DNA from: Felis catus
Taxonomy: Eukaryota
Assembly: GCF_018350175.1 (NCBI RefSeq)
Contig: NC_058369.1
Coordinates: 15,130,001-15,194,000 of the forward strand
DNA: 64,000 nt
Reading direction: 5' to 3'
Positions 25,048 to 36,878 of this stretch are shown piece by piece. The position numbers and the translations under genes are program-made. The notes beneath the pieces are model-generated. The model was not told where the DNA came from. It ran no database searches and saw only the letters and a program-made list of their open reading frames with translations. How positions within the stretch are numbered: position 1 is the stretch's first letter; every line of letters starts with the position of its first letter.

Positions 25048-26545
25048 TGGGGGTGCCTGGGGGGGCTCAGTCGGTTGAGCGTCTGACTTGGACTCAGGCC
25101 ATGATCTCACAGTTCGTGAGTTCGAGCCCCGCTTCGGGCTCTCTGCTCTCAGCGTAGAGGCTGCTTTGGATCCTCTGCCCTGCTCATGCTATCTCTCTCA
25201 AAAATAAATACACACTGAAAAATAAAACCAAATGGGTGTGGATTGTGAAAGGAAGGGAGGCTCTTGACTGGGAGGGCATGGAGGGCAATGTGGGAGTACT
25301 ACTCCTGGAATCAGCCCAGGGACTTGGCTTTGCCTGCTGTGGTATAAGGGGTTTGGGGGCCATTCCTGTGGTTGCCCCACATTCTATAATCAGACTGGTC
25401 CCAGGACTTAGGTCTCATCTGCCAACAGGCTGGTCGTGCCAACCTCAGGCTGGTCCCCTTCTCTGGCCATATAGGGCCACTCCTGTGACGTTGGGGCAGC
25501 CCCAGACTCAGGATTTGTTTCCCTCTCTCCCTTGCTCTGTCTTCCTTCCCGGGGCCTTGGGATTCTCCGGGCCACAGCTAACTGAGCACTCCACACCCCA
25601 TTGAAAAGTCACCACAATAATTACCAGATCATTAACAGGGGATTTTGAAAAGGCACTTCAAAGCATCTTTCCCGGAATTGCTAAGACAGGTGTAAAAGTC
25701 TATCTGGGCCAAGAACAGTCAGTTTAAAAGGATGTTGGGGACCAAAGGGCAGGTGTTAATTAAACTGGGCTGAGCAGCCGCAAGGCTAGGTAACTTCGGA
25801 TCTGAGCACGGTGACAACCAGGCTGTGGGGGCAGGGGGGAGGGACCTGAAAGTTTTAGACAAAACACAAAACGTACAGACTTTTTCCTCCATCCCTACTT
25901 TATTAAGGAATTTGGCCTTAAATCTGAGGTCTTCTTTTGAATGCCTGGTGCCTGCTTTGGCAAGGTTCGTATACAATAAATATAAATAAACCTGCCTGTG
26001 ATGCAGCCTTCGTTGTTAATTTTCCTAATCGAAATTATTGAAAATCAAATGCCCAAATGGCTGGGAATACGGTGCACAGATCAGCTCTCCTTACGGTAAA
26101 AACCCTATAGGGGCACCTGGGTGGCTCAGTCGGCTGAGCATCCGACTTGGGCTCAGGTCTTGATCTCTCGGGTTTGTGAGTTCAAGCCCCACATTGGGCT
26201 CTGTGCTGTCAGCATGGAGCCCACTGCAGATCCTCTGTCCCTTCCCTCCTTCTTAAAAAAAATGTTTTTTTTAAAATGTTTATTTACTTTTGAGAAAGAG
26301 AGAGAGACAGACTGCAGGCAGGGGAGGAACAGAGAGAGAGGGAGACACAGAATCCGAAGCAGGCTCCGAGCTGTCTCGAACTCACGAACCGTGAGTTCTT
26401 GACCTGAGCCCAAGTCAGACCCTAACCAACGGAACCACCCAGGCGCCCCTGTCCCCCTCTGTCTTTATCCCTCTCCCTCTCTCACTTGCATGCTCTCTCT
26501 CACTCTCTCAAAGAGAAATAAACATTAAAAAAAAAAAAAAAAAAC
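25048..26545. mobile_element. SINEs: + 25048-25220; + 26109-26545 with nested - SINE ~26255-26450
   Basis: SINE heads and tails. The interval between 25220 and 26109 is not SINE. Confidence 0.85.
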
Positions 26546-28369
26546 CCTAAAGGAAGGAAGAGAACAAATGTTTGTGTCTCAAACGGGCGGGCTCTTAGGA
26601 ATACCCACCTTAGCCACCCACTTTCCCGAAAGCTTAACACGAGCTCCTGCCTCATGACAAGCCTGAAGATTGTTCGGGTGGATATAGGACCCTTCCTTCC
26701 CCGGGAACTTTGTTATCAGAGACCCTTGCCCACTTCCCACCGATCTGTAATCTGTACCGCAGGGGCCTCAAGGGCAGGACTTCATGGTCTGAGCCAGCGA
26801 GCTTCGTTTCTGGCTGCCCATCTGAATCCTACTCACGCTGACGTTGGAACTCGCCCAAGACATATGGAACCAGAATCTCTGGGGCTCCATATTTTTAAGC
26901 GGCTCTCAAGGTAATTGTTGCACAACCTTTAAAGTCTGGTGTTTGGGAACTTCAGGAGTCAAAAGTACTTTCTGTGAGTTTTTTTTTTTTTTTCTTTTTT
27001 GTATAGTCAAAGCTACTTCCCAGCGCAGCTGCCTCAAACCGTTGCCTTTGGGTCTTCAGCAACACGAGCTCCTTGAGAGGGCTGGTTGGCGAGACGCTAT
27101 TTCCTAGACACCAGACAGAAACATGTAAGCCAAGCACGGGAACGTCTGGGCTCGTGGTGACCATCTTCGGCGTCACGCGAGAGCGTCTGTCTGGCACCTC
27201 GTAGGCTGCGGAAACAGGCGTGAAGCAGCCAGCGCTTCTGGGGGTTTCGTATCTGGAGTGTAGCAAATGCTACCTAGGACATCGTGCTATCCGGGTGCGA
27301 CTGGCTAAGGGGCAATTGTGTCCGTTTGTCCACAAGACCACTCGTGCTGTGTGGTCCTAAGTGTGCTGGTCGACCACACGCCCACCCCAGATTCTCTGGC
27401 TGACTCCTGGACCTTTGGCTACAACCACAGTGGGAAAGGGAGGTACTGGGTGGCCCCGGAAGGGATGAATGAATGAAAGGGTAGAGCTAGGGAGGAGAGT
27501 GTCACCAGCTACGTGAGAATCAACAGCTTGGAGACCTTCTATAACTCCCAGATCACCCTGGGCCCGCCACCCCCCCCCCAAATCCTTCAATGTGCTGTCA
27601 TCAGTTTGTCATTTAGGATTTTATTAAAGTCACCTGGAAAACCTGGTCTTTTATCTGAGGCAAGCTGACGTCTCTGACGCGTCTCTGGGCGTTCTGGGGG
27701 CCCTCGATTTTCTTGCCTGCCTGTGGCCCCGATTCCTGTTGGATACCCAGGTCTCCGTTCTGTGCTATTGTTCTTCCTGTAGGATGTCACCCCACCTCGT
27801 TTAGTCACCCGATCTCTTCTCACTCCAAAGTCCCGTCTTGGGCTCAAGGCTTGGGTGGAGCTGACTCCCAGACCCAGTTCAGCAGAGGCCAGAGACATTG
27901 AAAGCTCGCCACTGCCTTCAGCCTGGTTGGGATCCTTTATACGCACGCTGCTCCCCGTGCTATAAAAGCAAAGCGTGCATCCTTCTCCTGGCCCTTTGCC
28001 TCTCATCTAGCATCTTCTCACCCCCCAGCGGCCTCTGATGCCCCACTTGCCAGGGGCACCGCTGCCGGCCTGGGAGGGAGAGTGGAGAGATCATCTGAGA
28101 GAGAGGGGACAATTCTCCTGCGAATCAACACGATCTGGCTTCAGCATCAAATTCAAATGGCCAGAGATTAGATTCTGCAGGCATAAGCCAATTACATGCA
28201 AATTTTGGCAAATTATATGCAAACAACACACGTTGACTCTGCCCGGATTGCATCTGCTTAGAGCCGGCAAGTAGGGCTTGTTGGTGAAGTGCCTTCAAGA
28301 TGCGGGGCCACAGGAGCCAGAGAGGAGAATGGTGGACTCTTCGACCCCACCTGCCTGCCGGGAAATCTT

Positions 28370-29090
28370 ATGTGTGTCATCTGCTCAACTAACACTTCTG
28401 GAGTGGCTGCTGTGTGCCTGGCATGGTGATGGAGACAGTGCGATCAACGAGGAGCAATGCACCCCTACCCCCAGAACTTCTAGATAAGCCAGGACACAAA
28501 TAAGGACGCTGAGGGGTTTTGCAATGGAAAGGCAAAGCTTTGGAAAGGCAATGATGGTGACGTGGACAGGATGCTTGGGGGGGGGGGGGACACAGAGCTG
28601 GCTGGCTTATCAGCCCGGGGGCATCAGAAAGCCTCCCGGAAGCAGTGATGCCCGAGCGGAGATTTGATGGATGAATAGGAGATACTGAGGGAACCAGGGG
28701 ATTGCACTGGGCCACCCACAGCAGTGGGCGGATGATGTGGCACCGGACGGGGTGGGGGTGGGGGGTGTCGCGCATGAGGTGGGGTTGGGGAGCGAAGGGA
28801 GGAGGCTGGTGAGATTCGGGAGCTGGATCATCAAGGGTGTCAGCACTGAGAAGGTGGAGGTCTAGCCCGAAAAGTGAGAAAAATGAGAAAAAGAGATGTT
28901 TCAAGAAGCTGTCAGACTGCAGTGTGGGGTGTGGACTGCAGCCAGACCAGATGGGGCACAGCGGCCGGGTGCGAGAGCTCAGACTGAGCCGTGGTTGGGA
29001 GACACAAGGAGATGGAAATAATCAGGTACATTATATAGGGGTCCAAAATGGTAGGATTGTGTGACCAGTCCGTTGTGGAGGGTGGGGGTA
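28370..29090 (-). mobile_element. L2 fragments
   Basis: gagtggctgctgtgtgcctggcatggtgatggagacagtg; ggactgcagccag...gagccgtggttgggagacac resemble a reversed L2. Confidence 0.45.
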
Positions 29091-30084
29091 GGGGAGCGAG
29101 CCTGTATGATTAGCAGGTCCGGGGCTTGGGTGATGGACCCAGACCGTGGGGGAAGACACTTCTGTCTCAGATATGCCCTGTGTGAGGAGCTGTAGGGGAC
29201 TCCAGAGACCACATCCAAGATGCAGGATGCCTCTCGCCATCTTGGGTCAGGCTTTCCAGAAGCAAGTGTTTCATCTGAGTGCAAGTCATTGCATCACAGA
29301 GGAGCTCCCAGGAGCAACTGTAGAGGCGCGGGGAAGGGCATGGGAGGGGACAAGGGCTAACGGGACACCAGCCACACCCACGCGACAACTGCTTTGCCTC
29401 CACCAATCCCACGACCTATTTCCATTCCCAGTTTGCAGGTGAGAACGCACAGATGCCGAGAGAGACGCCTGCTCAGGGCCGCAGTGCTCATTTATTAGCC
29501 AAGGAACTCGGATTACCAGGCCCTTCTGACCCCACACCCCCCTCCCTGGACATCCACAACCACTGCCCCAGGCCTTCTAAAGGAGGCGCCACCCCAGCAA
29601 ATGCCACCGCTGTCTTGGAAAATTTGCCGGGGCGAAGTCAGGGGGAGTATTTTAGGCTTGTTAGGGGGCCACTTAATTTCCTTTGGCAAGAAGGTGAAAA
29701 GAGCCTGGACCCAGACTGTGCAGGACAGACTGTCCTGGCCTCCAAGCTCCCCCCGGTCGGCGGGAGAGAGGGCTGGGTTCTGGCAGTTCCCGTTGCTAGT
29801 GGTTCCTGAAAGGGTAATTTTGCAAACAATGCTGAGAAGCTGATTGTGGCAATAAATTACCATGCTAAAAGGAATTATTTTTATCGCAGTGTTCTGGGGC
29901 CCTGAAGAATGCAGCAAACAAAGATAGGTTGAGTAGAATATTCTGTTGGTGTGGGCCGAGAGTGGAGGCACAGATGTGGGAGTGTGTGCGTGTCTGTGCG
30001 CGTGTGCGTACGTGTGCGTGTTCACATTCCTGCCTGCTTCCTAGCTTGAAATGCGTTAGGCACACACCTGTTCAACTTGTAAAC

Positions 30085-30520
30085 TTTTTTTTTTTTCAAC
30101 GTTTATTTATTTTTGGGACAGAGAGAGACAGAGCATGAACGGGGGAGGGGCAGAGAGAGAGGGAGACACAGAATCGGAAACAGGCTCCAGGCTCCGAGCC
30201 ATCAGCCCAGAGCCCGACGCGGGGCTCGAACTCACGGACCGCGAGATCGTGACCTGGCTGAAGTCGGACGCGTAACCGACTGCGCCACCCAGGCGCCCCA
30301 CAACTTGTAAACTTTTGACGAAAGCGAACGTACCCAGGGGCGCCCGGCTGGCTCAGTCGGTGAAGCGTTCAACTTCGGCTCAGGTCATGATCTCACGGCT
30401 TATGAGTTCGAGCCCCGCGTCGGGCTCTGCGCTGACAGCTCGGAGCCTGCTTGGGATTCTCTTGCTCCCTCTCTCTCTCTGCCCCTCCCCCCTCCAAAAT
30501 AAGTAAATAAAAATAAATTC
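30085..30520. mobile_element. Head-to-head SINE pair (- 30085-30299 young; + 30337-30520)
   Basis: TSD caacttgtaaactttt for the first; aagcgaac flanks the second. Confidence 0.92.
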
Positions 30521-31132
30521 CAAGCGAACATACTCAGAGCTGAGCGGGCCCATGCAAGGTGAAGACACGCAGGTGAAGACAAGAGAATGTGACCAGGTCC
30601 CCCAGAGGGCCCTTCTGCCTCCTTCCCATCACTGCTCAGCTGGAGTAGCCTTCTCCAGACCTGTAACAGCATAGATCTGCTTTGCCTTGTTTTTGTGCCT
30701 GGTAGAAAGGAATCCCACAGGTACATTCTGAAAGGAAGATGATAATCTTGAGTCCCGTAAAGCAAATGATAGGCTTACTGTCGGGGATGCTTGTAATTTT
30801 GGGAAATCTTCCAGTGAAGTCTTTTGTAATTGGATTAATCGTCCTTGGCCCTTAGCCTTGTGCATGCTAAGGTTTCTTAATGCTGTAGGGTCCTGGAAAA
30901 TGGCCCATGTTACAGACAGAGCATTAGGAAGGAATCACTAACTAGGTTTTGATGAAACAGGACCATCTCGCCTTTCCTTTTGTCTTAGATTACAGGTTCT
31001 CAACCCTGGCCGCACATTGGGACCACCTGGAGAGCTTTAAAAAATATTGACGCTGGAGTCCCACCCCAGAGGTTCTGATGGTTCCGTTTAGATCATTTTG
31101 GCCTTTTCTGCCCTCAGAGTTGACCTGGAGGG

Positions 31133-31590
31133 TGCGACAGAAAAAATTCTTCTGACACTTGTTGAAGATGGTAAGGCAGACTTTGTTCAGAGGGAGCAGT
31201 GTCAGGGGCTCTGGCAGTCGGGGAGAGAGAGACTGGGCTCCACTCTGAATACAACCAGGAGGAGTGGGGACTTACAGCCGAGGAGCAAGCTGGAGGGGGT
31301 CGGTGGGTGGAAAAATACTAAAAGTGTAGAGTAATTCCTTGCTACACTGGCCTAATGTGATCCTTGCTGAAGGCAGGTCGGGACGATCAGCTAACCCCTT
31401 ATCAGACCAGGAATTTGCTCAAGGATCAAGGGCGATCAGGAGTTGAGGATGGGGGGAGTCTGGCTAAAAGGACTTGATTGCATTCTTGCTAAAATTGGGT
31501 CATGCAATGATGGACACAAACAGTCCAAAGTCAAGGTCTTGTTAGGAAGCAGATTCACAGAAGCCTGATTAAAATTTGGTCAAGGGTTAT
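31133..31590 (-). mobile_element. ERV1-class solo LTR (MER31-like); MER5A1 fragment just upstream (~30993-31090)
   Basis: ctgacacttgttgaagatggtaaggcagacttt...attcttgctaaaattgg...agcctgattaaaatttggtcaagg. Confidence 0.6.
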
Positions 31591-31849
31591 GATCTTAGTC
31601 GTGGGTTATGGATCTGGGTAGAGAAGGTCCTGGCTGACTCCATGTAGGAAACACATGATGCATTTGCTACAAGATGTTGAGTTAAGCCCAGACCCAGGGC
31701 AGAGGTCACTTCTCTAATCTCCTCTGGAGACATCCCAGGCCCCTCTTGACCAATAGTGTTGTGATGACAGGGGGTGGGGGTGAGGAGGGGAAGGAGGGCA
31801 AACAGGTGGCCTGGGGAAAGTGGCTTAGTATCTCTGACCCTCTTTTTGA

Positions 31850-32065
31850 AATTTTTTTTTTTCAACGTTTATTTATTTTTGGGACAGAGAGAGACAGAGC
31901 ATGAACGGGGGAGGAGCAGAGAGAGAGGGAGACACAGAATCGGAAACAGGCTCCAGGCTCTGAGCCATCAGCCCAGAGCCCGACGCGGGGCTCGAACTCA
32001 CGGACCGCGAGATCGTGACCTGGCTGAAGTCGGATGCTTAACCGACTGCGCCACCCAGACGCCCC
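31850..32065 (-). mobile_element. Young CAN-SINE
   Basis: TSD tctgaccctctttttg. Confidence 0.95.
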
Positions 32066-32214
32066 TCTGACCCTCTTTTTGGATCTATAAAATGGGAGAT
32101 AATAGTAATAATACCAAACCCACCAGTTTCCTGGGAGCCGTAAACAACATAAGGCAGTTAAGCCATTTAGCATCGCAATGGGCACATGGCGATGGGTCAA
32201 TGAAATGTCATCAT

Positions 32215-32592
32215 TGTTAAAAATGAAAAACAAAAAGCGATCCAACCAAGTACATTTGATGAGCCAACTGGCTTTATTAAATGAGTCATGAACGGGGCAG
32301 CAGCCCATCTAGCAAGTAGAGGGGAGCTCCAGGAGAGGAAAAACTTTCGAAGGCAGAGAGAAACCATTAAAACAACAACAACACAGGATGCATTGTTTTG
32401 GCAAGGTTGACCTCCTAAGGGAGTAGGGGTCTCTCAGACGATTGCCTGCAAGAAATTCCAGTGTGTCTGGTAAAGGGTTGCATTCCTGAGGGCACGGGAC
32501 CTGCAGTTAGGCTAGGTGGTAATTCTTGGTTTAGTGACACTGGGCTTTAACTTAAGTGGGTCCATCATGGCCACACGGTTTTCTCTTTAACA
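32215..32592 (-). mobile_element. Solo LTR, ERV1-like
   Basis: TGTTAAA...TTTAACA inverted termini with 4-bp TSD tcat (32211-32214, 32593-32596); minus-strand AATAAA near 32275. Confidence 0.8.
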
Positions 32593-33435
32593 TCATCTTC
32601 AACACCATGATTGAAAGCTGCCTTGGAAAGGGTATATGTGACTTTCACAAGCGTCAGTCAAAATGCGCCCATCTGAGCTTGGCCAGAGAAAAACAGTGAC
32701 ATCATCTAATATTCTATGGGCCAGCTGGGCCTCTCTTTTCTGGAAACTAGTCCGGGACCTTCAGAGGCCACAACCATGAAGATGAACCGCTGGGACCGAT
32801 TGTCTAGGAGGTGCGACCACCTCCTAGCAAGCGAGGGCTAGGCCGGCTTTAAAACATGGAGTGAGACAAGAGACGCGTCTGATGGCTCATTCTGGCCTGC
32901 GTGAGGCTTGCAAACTGGAGGCAGAGAAATGTTTCTCAAGAAAAATTAGTAATTCCCTTCTGAGAACACTGGGAAAGGTAATGGATTCAAGCCAGGACCC
33001 AGAATTTTGTGAAATCTCAAGAAGAAGAAAAACTTTCCAACGGCTGAAAATTCAAATAGCCACAGCCTCCAAGGCTCTATCTATATTCTTGGATTTCAAT
33101 GAAATCAGGGCAAGGTGGACCCAAGGTGGAGAGAGTTTAATAGGGAGCTCGAGGCCACCTACTCACATTCCATTCCAGTGACGCAAAGGGGACATTTAAA
33201 TCCAACCAAAAGGCAGGCTTCGGGCCAATGTCCAATCTTAGCGGGGTGACGTCCCCAGAGGGTCTCCTCTGGGCCTGTCGTTGTTCATTCTCTAGTTCTT
33301 GTGTTCTACAGAGCTTTAAAAGAATAGTTAATCCTTTCCTTTGCTATTTACAAGTACCCTGTTTGTGATATCCTGGGCAATATTATTTCCATTTATTAGA
33401 TGTGTTGTAGAAGATACATTCATTTTTACCTTCTT

Positions 33436-33745
33436 TTTTATTTTTTTTTATTTTTAGAGAGAGAGAGAAGGTGAGCAGGGGAGAGGGGCAGAAGGAGAGA
33501 GAGAAAAAGAGAGAGAGGGAGAGAATCTTTTTTTTTTTTTATATTTTAAAAAATCTTTATTTTTGACAGAGACAGAGCATGAATGGGGGAGGGTCAGAGA
33601 GAGAGGGAGACACAGAATCTGAAACAGGCTCCAGGCTCTGAGCTGTCAGCACAGAGCCTGACACGGGGCTCGAACTCACAGACCGTGAGATCATGACCTG
33701 AGATGAAGTTGGATGCTTAACCAACTGAGCCATCCAGGCGCCCCC
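33436..33745 (-). mobile_element. Partial SINE plus full CAN-SINE
   Basis: (GA)n partial element followed by a reverse SINE ending at 33745. Confidence 0.88.
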
Positions 33746-33759
33746 TACCTTCTTCCTTC

Positions 33760-34095
33760 TTTTTTTTTTTTTTCTAATGAAATTTATTGTCAAATTGGTT
33801 TCCATACAACACCCCGTGCTCATCCCGACAGGTGCCCTCCTCAATGCCCATCGCCCACTTTCCCCTCCCTCCCACCCCCCATCAACCCTCAGTTTATTCT
33901 CAGTTTTTAAGAGTCTCTTATGGCTTGGCTCCCTCCCTCTCTAACTTTGTTTTCTTTTTCCGTTCCCCTCCCCCATGGTCTTCTGTTAAGTTTCTCAGGA
34001 TCCACATAAAAGTGAAAACATATGGTATCTGTCTTTCTCTGTATGACTTATTTCACTTAGCATCACACTCTCCAGTTCCCTCCACGTTGCTACAT
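33760..34095 (-). mobile_element. Felid L1 3' end (5'-truncated)
   Basis: poly-T then aatttattgtcaaattggtttccatacaacacccc...catcaaccctcagtttattctcagtttttaagagtctctta...tgacttatttcacttagcat. Confidence 0.88.
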
Positions 34096-35039
34096 GAAGA
34101 TACCGTCTTCCCTTTCAACAAAACTTTATTTTTTTCTTAGTATCTACCTCTGCCTCACGTGACTCTGAAGAAGATGATCCTGTCTCCAGCTTCCAGGATA
34201 GATCCTCATTTGATAACCTGCATCCTTCCCAATGAGTGCTTAGTTAAAGACACATGACCCCCTTTTGGCCATTGGGAAGCGAGAGGAAGTTTGCTGGGTG
34301 TCTCCACGAAAGTTGTCTTTGCTCCTAAGAAAGTGTCAGGCAATGGCGAGTTACGGTCCCTGCCCTGTAGCAGACAGAGCCGTCCTGTCCTCGCCGAAAC
34401 CAAGCATGAGCTCACCTGGACAGATGCTGAGGTCCTGCCTGTCTCTCTGGTTTCCGTCCCTCTGTCATCTTTGCTGAGAGATGCCGTACCGTTCTCCAGT
34501 CCCACTGAAATATTCTGGTTCCCAGCTGCTCTAACCCAGCTGGAATTGACCCGTCTTTGCTTTGGACATCACGGTGGCATCTACATGCTCTTATCTTAGC
34601 CCCAAGGTGCCTCATTGCACAGTGATTTTACACATCTGTTGTAGCACGTGCTTGCGTCTGCAAGAATTGTGACTTAAATAATGAAGGAATCTGTTGCCCT
34701 GCTTAATGAGACGCTTCATGGCTGGCAACTCCAGGGCCAGTTCAACCATTCCGTCCTGCATCAAAGACCCTGACCCCTTCTTCCCTTGTGTGTTTCCTTA
34801 CCATGCTTTGCATATTGGGCACGTTTCTTCCCATTGTCAAAAATGGCTGTCATCGCCCCAGACGCTGTGTCCTCGCACGGTGAGGTACAGAAACAGGAGA
34901 AGAAAGGGGACAGAAATCCTCACACCTTTCTCTCTCAGTGTTCAGAGAAGACAATCTCTTCTCACTCAAAGCTACCCAAGAATTTGCCTAAGGCCACAGA
35001 GCTGGTGATGTAGTGGGGCAGGGATTTAAATGTGATCCT

Positions 35040-35620
35040 AGACTGCCCAGTAGAAGTATAATACAAGCCACATATGCAGTTTTAATGTTTTAGTCGCTGC
35101 AGTTAAAAAGTAAAAAGCAGGTGAAATTAGTATATTTTATTTAACCCAATGTATCCAAAGATTATCTCAACATGCCATCAATCTACGAATTACTTTTTTT
35201 TTTTTAAGATTTTGTATTTTTAAGCAGTCTCTGCATCGAACGTGGGGCTTGAACCTACAACCCCGAGATCAAGAACCAGGCGCCCCTCAGTCTATGAATT
35301 ACTAATGAGGTCTTTTACATTCTTTAATACTAAGTCTTTGAAAGCCAAGGTGACCTTTATACTTACAGCACGTCTCAATTCAATCACTATGATTTCCTTG
35401 GAAATACTTCATCTGCATTTATATTTCGTAAAATTTACATTGAAAAACTTAGATATAGATACCCAGGTTGTTCCAAATAGACCGAAAGGTTCCCAGTAGC
35501 AGAATCAAACAGCAGTTTTCACATTTATGATTAAATGGATCAAGTTCAGTAAAATTCAAAACCCAGTTCCTTAATCACACTAGCCGCGATTCAGGCACAT
35601 ACGTATGGGCAGCGCATTTC
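35040..35620. mobile_element. MER33/Charlie1-derived hAT fossil with short SINE insert (~35190-35286)
   Basis: agaagtataatacaagccacatatg...aggtgaaattag...ttttatttaacccaatgtatccaaa...cttacagcacgtctcaattc. Confidence 0.75.
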
Positions 35621-36878
35621 TAGAGCCTGTATACTTAAGCTCATGTTTATCAAATTCCCTGTGCCCTCGCACATGGCAATGTGTTAGTGGGTGTCCACTT
35701 ATATTTAGGGGTGCGCAAGTTCTGTCACTAGAGGACTGGAGACCTGCCTTGTAGTTGTTGCTCTGTTTCTAATTAGCTGTGTGACCTCAGGTGAGTCCCC
35801 GTACTTCTCTGGGCTTCTATTAGCTCCCTTGTTAACGAGGGACTGTGATCTTAAGCATCTCTTCAGCTCTCAAATGATGCGTTGTTTCTCTCTCCTAGCA
35901 GGGAAGGAACGGGGACGCTCTGAAAGCCGCGGGCACCGAGGCTTACACGCATTCTCTGCAACGAAATATATGGAAGTTGGTGTGGCCGGTCTCTGGCATC
36001 TGCTGAAATGCTGTGGGCAGGCAGGACTCCAAATTCCAGGAAATATTGCTAGTTTGTTCCTTTTTATCCACCACCTTTTAAGGAAGAAAAATCCTATACG
36101 TGGACAGAACCCCCTGCATCGGTTTGTGCCGTGGCTCTGAGTCACTGGGGCTCCTGGACCAGGCTCTGTCCTTTTATATATGAAAGAAGGCGCTTCCAGA
36201 CTCACCTCCTGTTAGCCTGTTTATACTGTGTGCTCCTGGCTTGTTATCAGCAAGGGGCTTGAAGTGTATCAGATGGCACGAAACCCCGATTATCTTTTAA
36301 CCCCAGAGCTACAAAAGGATGGTCAGGGGATTCAGGTCAAACCAAAGAGCAGCTATTGAAGCCTGAGGCTCCGCGCTCCAACATCATGATTGGATTTAAC
36401 CCGGCCCTTGCCTTTCCAATGGGGGATGTGGAGCTGTCAGTGGGATAAAACTTTAGGGCTCCGTGGGAAGCGTCCCAGCTCTCAAAAACAATTCCCTCGG
36501 ACTGGTGACTTTTTACTACTATTGGCTCATTTCTGGGGGGCCCGTGATGTGGACGTGTTGGAAATAGCCTCCTTGCCCACAAATGAGGGAGCCTAGCCTC
36601 AAGTTTGGGTAATAAACTGAGTGGGAGAAGAGGGCAGGAGGGGCCGGCAGGAACCCAGAGGGCCCTAGAGGGAGATGCTACAGGGGGTCAGCCGTTTTAC
36701 GTTAAGCTAATGCCACACGGGAGTTTATACGGACCGGGAAATACGTAAAGATCCTGTCTCAGGTTATGCTCTGCTTACGGGAGACAGGAGTGCGGGGTTC
36801 AGTTCCCTCCTTGCCTTAATGGGATGGATATGGGAAGGGACGGCTCATTTTCTCGTTCATCTTTCATCCATGTTAATT

